A stretch of 53,479 nt of DNA from Candidatus Doudnabacteria bacterium (GTDB lineage: Bacteria > Patescibacteriota > Doudnabacteria > UBA920), in assembly GCA_023245895.1 (NCBI GenBank), contig JAHFJJ010000005.1:1-53479 (forward strand). Reading direction: 5' to 3'. A program made the position numbers and the translations under genes. The notes beneath the pieces were generated by a model. It made no database searches. It had not been told where the DNA came from and saw only the letters and a list, made by a program, of their open reading frames with translations. This document shows positions 46,294 to 53,479 of this stretch, piece by piece (the first letter of the stretch is position 1; every line of letters starts with the position of its first letter).

Positions 46294-48306
46294 ATGGATA
46301 ATAATATTGAACAGCTGGCCAAGCTTATCCGCTACTATATACTAACCTCCACAACCGCGGCCGGGAGCGGACATCCGTCTTCTTCTTTGTCGGCAACCGA
46401 CTTAATGGCGGTTTTAATGTTTGGTAGAAAACAGAAGAACACGGAAACGGGCGCAACGGATGAACACGGAAAGGAAGCATTTTTTCGGACGGATTTGGAG
46501 AATCACGATAATTTGAATAACGACCGTTTGATTTTTAGCAAAGGCCATGCTTCGCCTTTGTTTTATGCTTTGTACGCGGCGTCTGGTCAGCGGCCCTCCT
46601 TCGCCAAGGCTGCGGCGGGCGAGTCGGCTGAATCATCGGCGGAATTAAAACGCGCACTCGAGCCAGAAGAACTATTAACTTTACGAAAGTTTGATAGCCG
46701 ACTGGAAGGCCATCCGACTTTGGAGTTTCCTTTTACGGAAGTGCCGACCGGGTCTTTGGGTCAGGGTTTGTCCGTGGGTTTGGGTATGGCTTTAAATGCC
46801 AGGCTGGATGGGTTGTTATATCGCACTTTTGTATTGCTGGGCGATTCTGAAATGGCCGAGGGTAGCGTGTGGGAAGCTATGGCTTGTGCGTCATTTTACA
46901 AATTGAATAATTTATTCGCGATTTTAGACTGTAACCGTTTGGGTCAAAGAGGGGAGACTATGTACGGCCACCATACGGAAGTTTATGAAGCCAGGGCTAA
47001 GGCGTTTGGATGGGAGACGGTGGTGGTGGATGGACATGATTTGGGGCAAATACAATCAGCATTTGAAGCTGTCACTAACCCTCACCCCGGCCCTCTCCCA
47101 GGGGGAGAGGGAGGAAAACCCACGATGATTATTGCCAAAACTTTAAAGGGCAAGGGTGTTTCGTTTATGGAAGACAAGGATGGCTGGCATGGCAAGGCCA
47201 TGAACCAGGAAGAGTTAAAAAAGGCTTTGGAAGAGTTGGGGGAGGTTGATAAGAGTATCATCGGGGAAGTTGCAAAACCCTCACCTGTCTCGACAGCCCT
47301 CGAGACATCCTCTCCCAAAGGGAGAGGATGGGAGCCAAATTTCACCGATTATTCATCCGGCAAGCCAGTTTCCACGCGCAAGGCGTATGGTAACGCTTTA
47401 GCTAATTTGGTGGATGCTAATAATCAAGTTGTAGTTTTGGACGCGGAAACCAGTAATTCAACTTTTGCCGATAGTGTTAAGAAAACCCATCCCGAGAGGT
47501 TTTTTGAAATGTATATCGCGGAGCAGAATATGGTGGGAGCGGCTTTGGGTTTTTCACGGAGGGGAAAAGTGTCTTTTGTTTCCACTTTTGCCGCATTCTT
47601 TTCACGGGCGTTCGATCAAATCCGTATGTCCCAATACGCCAAGGCCAACATTAAATTCGTCGGCTCCCATGCCGGCGTTTCCATTGGCGAAGACGGGGCT
47701 TCGCAAATGGGCCTTGAAGAAATAGCCATGTTTAGGACGCTTTTGGATTCTGTTGTGCTATATCCCTCCGATGCCATCTCCACGGAAAAATTAGTGGCCG
47801 AAGCGGCTAAACATTTTGGAAATGTTTATATTCAGACTACGCGGAAGGACACCGCGATTCTATATACATCAACTGACGAATTTTCCATCGGCGGCTCCAA
47901 AACTTTAAAATCATCTGCAAACGATGTCGCGACCGTCATTGGCGCAGGCATAACCGTCCACGAAGCTTTGGCGGCTTACGAAGAATTGCAAAAAGAGGGA
48001 GTTAACATCCGCGTAGTAGATTTATACAGTGTAAAGCCGCTTGATGTTGAAACTTTATTAAAGGCCGCAAGAGAGACTAAAGCCATTATCACGGTTGAAG
48101 ATGCTTATCCTGAAGGCGGAATTGGCGAAGCAGTTAAAGGAGCGCTAAGTGCTTCCACCTTCGCTGAAGCTTCGGCGGACAAGAAGTGCCTAGTGCTAAG
48201 CCTTGCTGTTAAAAAAATGCCCAAGAGCGGCAAGCCGGAGGAACTTTTAGCTTTTGAGGAAATAGATAAAAATGCTATTATAAAGCAAATTAAACAATTA
48301 GCTTAA
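46294..48306 (+). CDS. tkt: transketolase (fused N- and C-terminal halves) with several repeat-derived in-frame inserts
   Basis: GSGHPSSSLS, GDSEMAEGSVWEA, the GHD...KPTMIIAKTLKGKG region, and C-terminal pyrimidine-binding and TKC domains. ATG 46294 is preferred over TTG 46285. Confidence 0.92.
   Translation: MDNNIEQLAKLIRYYILTSTTAAGSGHPSSSLSATDLMAVLMFGRKQKNTETGATDEHGKEAFFRTDLENHDNLNNDRLIFSKGHASPLFYALYAASGQRPSFAKAAAGESAESSAELKRALEPEELLTLRKFDSRLEGHPTLEFPFTEVPTGSLGQGLSVGLGMALNARLDGLLYRTFVLLGDSEMAEGSVWEAMACASFYKLNNLFAILDCNRLGQRGETMYGHHTEVYEARAKAFGWETVVVDGHDLGQIQSAFEAVTNPHPGPLPGGEGGKPTMIIAKTLKGKGVSFMEDKDGWHGKAMNQEELKKALEELGEVDKSIIGEVAKPSPVSTALETSSPKGRGWEPNFTDYSSGKPVSTRKAYGNALANLVDANNQVVVLDAETSNSTFADSVKKTHPERFFEMYIAEQNMVGAALGFSRRGKVSFVSTFAAFFSRAFDQIRMSQYAKANIKFVGSHAGVSIGEDGASQMGLEEIAMFRTLLDSVVLYPSDAISTEKLVAEAAKHFGNVYIQTTRKDTAILYTSTDEFSIGGSKTLKSSANDVATVIGAGITVHEALAAYEELQKEGVNIRVVDLYSVKPLDVETLLKAARETKAIITVEDAYPEGGIGEAVKGALSASTFAEASADKKCLVLSLAVKKMPKSGKPEELLAFEEIDKNAIIKQIKQLA
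47077..47111. repeat. family F3 repeat inserted in frame in tkt
   Basis: It starts on a codon boundary (783 nt from the ATG) and encodes NPHPGPLPGGEG. A variant double hairpin at 47286-47330 encodes part of the inter-domain linker (STALETSSPKGRGW). Confidence 0.9.
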
Positions 48307-48315
48307 ATTATAATA

Positions 48316-49080
48316 ATGTCAAAAGCCCCATCTGAAATAGGAAGATTCCTTCCCCACGATTCATTTTTAGGTGAAGACGAAGCCAGTCACGCCAGGCTTA
48401 ACCCCAGCAGCCGTTATTTATCCGGAAGAACCAAGCGCAATTTGCGCACGGGGAAAGGATTTTTGGGAAAAGAAGTCCGGGGAGAGATAAGCGACGAACA
48501 ATCTTCGGAAGCCAGCAGGGAGCTAAGAGAGGCAGAAGCTAGATATTTAAACATTGTTGACGAGGATCGCGCGGGAATAAGCGGTTATGACCATCATCAA
48601 CTGGAGCTCTTGTTGGGCGTATTTGCCGAGCTGGACGCGCAGACCAGAGACGAAATTTTAGAACAAGTACATGCCGCTTCCGGAAATACCCAGGAAGAAA
48701 TTTTAAAATCCCGGCTTAAAGTAGTAAAAGCTTGGTTGCCTAAGCTTGAAGACCAAGGCATAGAATTTCATAATTATGGAGTTCCCAAATGGGAACAAGG
48801 AGTGGCAGAGAAGGATTATATTGGCTACCCAAAGGAAGACGACGAAGACGAAATCCCAGAGCATGATTTTCCGGAAAGGTCAGAATCTGAAGATTTGGAA
48901 AAAGGCAGTGAGCAAAAACCTACAAGACTTGGTTACTTGGACGAAACTGAAAGCCGCAGGTTAAATAGGGGAATGAAGTTAATGCATGACAGCCATGGCC
49001 GCAGGGGTAGAAAACCAAGTTATGAAAAAGGCGGAAAGAGCCTTAGGGACTTATTAATTCATGAAATGTTTGAAATATAA
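48316..49080 (+). CDS. hypothetical acidic protein (254 aa) within the tkt-glpX operon
   Basis: ATG lies 9 nt after the tkt stop. No SD. Rich in Glu/Asp/Arg. No family recognised. Confidence 0.75.
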   Translation: MSKAPSEIGRFLPHDSFLGEDEASHARLNPSSRYLSGRTKRNLRTGKGFLGKEVRGEISDEQSSEASRELREAEARYLNIVDEDRAGISGYDHHQLELLLGVFAELDAQTRDEILEQVHAASGNTQEEILKSRLKVVKAWLPKLEDQGIEFHNYGVPKWEQGVAEKDYIGYPKEDDEDEIPEHDFPERSESEDLEKGSEQKPTRLGYLDETESRRLNRGMKLMHDSHGRRGRKPSYEKGGKSLRDLLIHEMFEI

Positions 49081-49092
49081 CCAACTCTGTTT

Positions 49093-50031
49093 ATGGACAG
49101 GAATTTAGCTTTAGAATTCGTTCGAGTTACAGAGGCCGCTGCTATTGCGGCTTCTAAATGGATTGGCAAGGGCGACGTCAAAAAGGCCGATGGCGCGGCA
49201 GTGGATGAAATGCGGGATAGGTTTAACCAGATTGATTTTGCGGGCAAAGTGGTTATTGGCGAGGGCAGCAAGGACGAAGCGCCGGAATTGTACACGGGCG
49301 AAAAAGTCGGCACAGGCAAGGGCCCGGCCCTGGATTTGGCTGTAGACCCCTTAGAATGCACGGATAGCGTTGCCTACGGGCGTTATAACGCTATTGCGGT
49401 CATTGCGGCGGGAGCACGCGGTTCTTTGCTTAGCGCGCCTGATACTTATATGGAAAAGTTGGCGGTGGGGCCTAAAGCGGTTAAGGTAATAAAAATGGGC
49501 GCGCCGGTTAAAGTTAACATAGAACACGTGGCAAAAGCATTAGGCAAGAAAGTTCCTGATGTTACCGTTTGCGTAATGGACAGGGAGCGCCATAAGCAAC
49601 TCATCAGCCAAATTAGAAAAACAGGCGCCCGCGTTCGCCTTATTACAGACGGTGACGTAGCCGGGGCCATTGCACCCAGCATGCCGGATTCGGGCATTGA
49701 CCTTCTAATGGGCATTGGCGCATCCGCAGAAGCAGTTTTAGCCGCGACAGCTATTAAAATATTGGGCGGACAAATATTCGCGCGTTTTGCCCCGCAAAAA
49801 GAATCGCATTATCAGTTGCTTAAAAAGGCAGGACTTAATGACAACAGAGTTTATAGTGCTAACGATTTAGCCAAGGGCAAAACTTTAACTTTTACTGCTA
49901 CGGGCATAATCGACGGTCCGCTTTTAGACGGTATAAGGGTTTATGGCGACACAATTATCACTCATTCCATAGTCATACGCGGACTCAGCGGTACTATCCG
50001 TTACATTACTACGCATCATAAAGAGAAATAA
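49093..50031 (+). CDS. glpX: fructose-1,6-bisphosphatase class II (GlpX)
   Basis: [37 protein letters not shown]-type N-terminus, followed by ...DPLECT... and [14 protein letters not shown]. 312 aa. Confidence 0.9.
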   Translation: [312 protein letters not shown]

Positions 50032-50086
50032 TTAAGCAAACACTATCATACACAGTAGTATGATAGTAAATGTCGTAAATAAAAAT

Positions 50087-51085
50087 ATGCCATTAGTTAC
50101 TTTAAGGCAGGTGTTAGATGAAGCAGGCAAAGGAGGTTATGGGGTAGGGGCTTTTAATGTAAATAATATGGAGCAGATACAGGCTATTATGGAAGCCGCT
50201 AGGGCAACCAAATCGCCTGCTATAGTTCAGGCCAGCCGCGGCGCGCGTAAATATACAAATGATAGGTTCTTGTACCATTTAATGCTTGCGGCGACTGAAC
50301 TTTACCCGGAAATTCCAATAGTTTTACATCAGGACCACGGCAACAGCGCGCAAACCTGTCTATCGGCCATAGACATGGGTTTTACCAGCGCCATGATGGA
50401 CGGCTCGCTTTTGGAAGACGGTAAAACACCTTCGGATTTTGAATATAATGTTAAGGTTACTAAGGAAGTTGTTGACTATGCCCACAAAAAAGGCGCCAGC
50501 GTGGAAGGGGAGCTGGGCTGTATTGGCGGCATTGAAGACGGCCACGGCAGCGGCCAGTCAAGGTTGACTGACCCTGACCAGGCAGTAGAATTTGTTAAGC
50601 GCACGGGAGTTGATGCTTTGGCAGTAGCTATTGGCACCAGCCATGGCGCTTACAAATTTACCCGCAAGCCGGACGCGGCGATTTTAGCCATGAACCTAAT
50701 AATTGAAATCCATAAGCGCCTGCCGGATACGCATTTGGTTATGCACGGTTCCTCCAGCGTGCCGCAGGAGCTTCAGGATATTGTGAATAAATACGGCGGC
50801 CAGCTTAAACAGACATGGGGAGTGCCTATTGAAGAAATCCAGTTAGGAATTAAAAACGGCGTCCGCAAAGTAAATGTGGATACCGACAGTCGATTGGCCA
50901 TAACCGGCGCAATCCGCAAACATTTTGTTGAGCATCCGGGAGACTTTGATCCGAGAGACTATATGAAGCCGGCGCGTGAAGCCATGCAAAAAATGGTAGA
51001 GAAGCGCATGGTAGATTTTGGACAGGCAGGCCATGCCGGAGATTATCAACCCATTCCGCTTTCCGAAATGGCGAAGAGATATTAA
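50087..51085 (+). CDS. fba: class II fructose-bisphosphate aldolase
   Basis: Canonical N-terminus [29 protein letters not shown] at ATG 50087; the ORF-track start at 50060 adds 9 residues. HQDHG and LVMHGSSS motifs. Confidence 0.9.
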   Translation: MPLVTLRQVLDEAGKGGYGVGAFNVNNMEQIQAIMEAARATKSPAIVQASRGARKYTNDRFLYHLMLAATELYPEIPIVLHQDHGNSAQTCLSAIDMGFTSAMMDGSLLEDGKTPSDFEYNVKVTKEVVDYAHKKGASVEGELGCIGGIEDGHGSGQSRLTDPDQAVEFVKRTGVDALAVAIGTSHGAYKFTRKPDAAILAMNLIIEIHKRLPDTHLVMHGSSSVPQELQDIVNKYGGQLKQTWGVPIEEIQLGIKNGVRKVNVDTDSRLAITGAIRKHFVEHPGDFDPRDYMKPAREAMQKMVEKRMVDFGQAGHAGDYQPIPLSEMAKRY

Positions 51086-51204
51086 TTAAAGAAGTAATAA
51101 GTTATTAGTTATAGCGTCCGGTATCTAATTGGTAAGAAGGGGTAAGCAACTAATAACCATCTACTTATAACTATACTGGCCGCTATAACCTATAACCTGA
51201 AACT

Positions 51205-51909
51205 ATGGCACAAGAAGAAAAACCCAAATTTAAGCCTTTAGAACACCTGGAAAAGGTGCGCAAGGGGAGCGTAAAAAAAATCCCGGAGTGGATGATAAAA
51301 AAGATTAACGACGAGTTCGTTAGGGGTTTTAAATTTTTAAGCAAATACAAAAAGGCCGTGAGTATTATGGGCAGCGCGCGTCTGGGACTGCAAAACGGCG
51401 TTTACGAAGAAGCCACCAAATTGGCTTATAAGTTGTCTAAGGCTGGTTTTGCCATTATGACCGGCGGCGGGCCGGGCATTATGGAGGCGGCCAATAAGGG
51501 CGCTTATGAGGCCAAAGGCCAATCTGTAGGCATTAATATACTTTTGCCTTTTGAACAGCGCACCAACGACTATGTTAAGGATTCCGAAGACTTTTCCTAT
51601 TTTTTTACCAGGAAAGTCATGCTGGAATACGCTTCCCACATTTATGTTTTTTTCCCCGGCGGTTTTGGCACTTTGGATGAATTTTTTGAAATGGTTACGC
51701 TGACCCAGACCGGGAAAATTAACCCCGTGGCCATTGTTTTGGTGAACAAAGAGTTCTGGCAGCCTTTGCTGGATTGGATAAAAACCACGGTCTATGAAAA
51801 AGAACACGCCATAGACGAAAAAGATATGGATATATATAAGTTGGTGGATAACGCCGAGGAAGCTTACGAGCAGATTGAAATTTATTCTAAGATTACGGAC
51901 TTTTTCTAA
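51205..51909 (+). CDS. LOG family (TIGR00730) nucleotide phosphoribohydrolase
   Basis: GGGPGIMEAANKGA and PGGFGTLDEFFE motifs. 234 aa. Confidence 0.88.
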   Translation: MAQEEKPKFKPLEHLEKVRKGSVKKIPEWMIKKINDEFVRGFKFLSKYKKAVSIMGSARLGLQNGVYEEATKLAYKLSKAGFAIMTGGGPGIMEAANKGAYEAKGQSVGINILLPFEQRTNDYVKDSEDFSYFFTRKVMLEYASHIYVFFPGGFGTLDEFFEMVTLTQTGKINPVAIVLVNKEFWQPLLDWIKTTVYEKEHAIDEKDMDIYKLVDNAEEAYEQIEIYSKITDFF

Positions 51910-51985
51910 ATTAAAGCGGCCCGGAAAAGCATAATCCGGACCGCGTTGGGTAGTCGCGCAATGGCTTCCGTCGCCGCAGAGTAGC

Positions 51986-52513
51986 TTAGAAACCAGCGGC
52001 CAGACGAGCTTTTACAGAGGCGTCGTTGGTTGCCGGCAACCCTACCGGTCGGAGATGGTTTGGTTTCGGCATAGGCGCGGGAGTGCCTTGGTCCAAGTCG
52101 GCATTACCCAGAGTCGCTACAAATAGCATGTAGCCCAACAGATCGCCTTTTACGCCGCCGGCGATTAATGGTTCGGTTGCTAACCAGATTCCTCCGAAGA
52201 AAAGGCCTGGTGATGTATCTATAGTCCCCACATTTTTCTCGGCTAACGGCGAGATGCCGCCAGCGTCGAAGTCCAAGCCGCCATCACCTAGTATAGGGAC
52301 GTCGAAAGTAATTAGCATAGACACATATGGTTGCTTTGGCACAGGCTCCAAGGCGGCGGCTTCGCTTGTTTGCAGGGCATCACCGGTTACAGCTCCGAGA
52401 GCTTCGTCGTCGGCGTTAGTATTATCTTGGGCAAAACCGTTCGGCGGGAGCGCCAACATCAGCACAACCGCGGCCAGCCCAAGCATCAACCAACTGCTGT
52501 TTGTCTGTCGCAT
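51986..52513 (-). CDS. secreted hypothetical protein (175 aa)
   Basis: AAGGAGG (complement of 52522-52528) lies 8 nt before ATG (complement of 52511-52513). Signal peptide MRQTNSSWLMLGLAAVVLMLALPPNGFAQ. The longer ORF-track version (to 52729) would overlap the tal start. Confidence 0.7.
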   Translation of the reverse strand: MRQTNSSWLMLGLAAVVLMLALPPNGFAQDNTNADDEALGAVTGDALQTSEAAALEPVPKQPYVSMLITFDVPILGDGGLDFDAGGISPLAEKNVGTIDTSPGLFFGGIWLATEPLIAGGVKGDLLGYMLFVATLGNADLDQGTPAPMPKPNHLRPVGLPATNDASVKARLAAGF

Positions 52514-52571
52514 TGAGTTTTCCTCCTTACTTAAAAATTCTAGCATGTTTGTTACTATTAAGCCATAAAAT

Positions 52572-53423
52572 ATGAAGCCATCAAGTCTTACAACCAAAAT
52601 ATTTTTAGACAGCGGCGACCCGGCGGAAACTAAGCAAGCGCTATCAATTTTAGGTTTTTTGGACGGCCAAACAACTAACCCATCCCTAATTGCTAAAAAT
52701 CCCCAAACCGCGGGCAAAAAGTTTTCCAAACAGGAACTTTTGGATTTTTATAAAGGCATAGTAGGCCAAGTATCAGTTTTAATTCCACAAGGTTCGGTAT
52801 CTGTCGAAGTTTATGCCGACGCCAGTACAAAAGCTGAAGAAATGCTCGTACAGGGCAGGGAATTTAATAAATGGATTCCTAATGCCCATATTAAGTATCC
52901 AACCACCTCTGAAGGCTTAAAAGCCGCTGAAATAAGCGTTAAAGAGGGTATGAGAGTGAATATGACCCTAGTTTTTAGCCAAGAGCAGGCGGCGGCAGTT
53001 TACGCGGCAACAAAGGGGGCTAAAAAGGGCCAGGTTTTCCTTTCGCCTTTCATTGGCCGGCTGGATGACAGGGGGGAGAACGGCATGGATTTAATATCAA
53101 ACATAATAAAAATGTACAAAGCAGGGGACGGTCATGTGGAAGTTTTGACTGCTTCTGTGAGGTCTGTTGAACATCAGGTAAGAGCAATTGAGGTGGGTAC
53201 TGACATTATTACCTCGCCTTTGAGGGTTTTGAAAGAATGGAAGGAAGAAATTTCAAATGACAAATTTCAAATATCAAATGAAATCAAAAATCCAAATTTA
53301 AAACCGATCCAGTATCAGGAAATTGGCTTAGATAAGCCCTGGCAGGAGTACAATTTGGCCCATGAACTTACAGATAAAGGTTTAGAACGGTTTGCCGCGG
53401 ATTGGAACGGTTTGATTGGGTAA
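52572..53423 (+). CDS. tal: transaldolase family protein (short Fsa/TalC type with a C-terminal extension)
   Basis: IFLDSGDP, HIKYPTTSEGLKA (Schiff-base Lys region) and NMTLVFS. It carries a word-like low-complexity insert at 53248-53305 (ISNDKFQISNEIKNPNLK). Confidence 0.85.
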   Translation: MKPSSLTTKIFLDSGDPAETKQALSILGFLDGQTTNPSLIAKNPQTAGKKFSKQELLDFYKGIVGQVSVLIPQGSVSVEVYADASTKAEEMLVQGREFNKWIPNAHIKYPTTSEGLKAAEISVKEGMRVNMTLVFSQEQAAAVYAATKGAKKGQVFLSPFIGRLDDRGENGMDLISNIIKMYKAGDGHVEVLTASVRSVEHQVRAIEVGTDIITSPLRVLKEWKEEISNDKFQISNEIKNPNLKPIQYQEIGLDKPWQEYNLAHELTDKGLERFAADWNGLIG

Positions 53424-53435
53424 AAATAATACTAA

Positions 53436-53477
53436 CAAGGGGAATCCTTGCGTTGCGCAAGGATTCCCCTTGTTTTG
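53436..53477 (+). terminator. intrinsic terminator after tal
   Basis: 17-bp stem CAAGGGGAATCCTTGCG / CGCAAGGATTCCCCTTG with a 3-nt loop, followed by TTTT. Confidence 0.85.
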
Positions 53478-53479
53478 AG

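Noticed and set aside
1-53479. Alternative genetic code (UGA recoding, as in some CPR lineages).
   Set aside because: TGA terminates genes at their expected ends (the GIY-YIG gene at 18062-18064, relA, 43670-region genes). Conserved proteins have normal lengths with no in-frame TGA.

Overview
The window reads as a compact bacterial chromosome segment using the standard genetic code (TAA, TAG and TGA all end conserved genes at the expected lengths). Gene content and style fit a Candidate Phyla Radiation / Patescibacteria (Parcubacteria-like) genome. This is an inference from the small conserved core genes, a TrbC/VirB2-like pilin, giant orphan proteins, an AdoCbl-dependent RNR next to cobO, and pervasive short palindromic repeats.

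I support 59 CDS. Three are missing from the ORF track: rpmF, a 56-aa membrane protein, and a partial gene truncated at the left edge. I also call one tRNA-Gly(UCC), a SAM-I-clan riboswitch before metK, NrdR boxes, a CIRCE-like operator, many intrinsic terminators, and at least eight families of hairpin repeats.

Conserved modules: ftsZ; nrdR-nrdJ(-GIY-YIG)-cobO; comEC; PPIase-ndk; relA/spoT; mutM; groES-groEL; rpmF-nusB; hup; brnTA; metK; tkt-x-glpX-fba; LOG; tal.

Most interesting observations:
(i) Two same-strand arrays of small orphan genes lie at 33.9-35.7 kb and 43.0-46.1 kb. They encode a CCHC zinc-knuckle protein, two tandem DksA/TraR zinc-finger proteins and small membrane or secreted proteins. 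Their intergenic spaces carry a conserved, covarying hairpin family seen nowhere else in the window. The layout is cassette-like but is not a canonical integron attC array.
(ii) A ~0.9-kb ORF-free, promoter-equipped, hairpin-dense region sits directly upstream of the first array.
(iii) A GIY-YIG nuclease gene is nested in a hairpin repeat that also occurs as two gene-less copies.
(iv) Repeat elements are inserted in frame in tkt, nrdJ and tal. One copy forms P4 of the SAM riboswitch, and one copy is flanked by a perfect 16-bp duplication.
(v) Conserved genes lack a Shine-Dalgarno sequence, while orphan genes are led by AGGAGG.

No rRNA, CRISPR, transposase, integrase or phage structural genes were seen. 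All calls were made by eye from the sequence and ORF track; no database search, folding or statistics were run.
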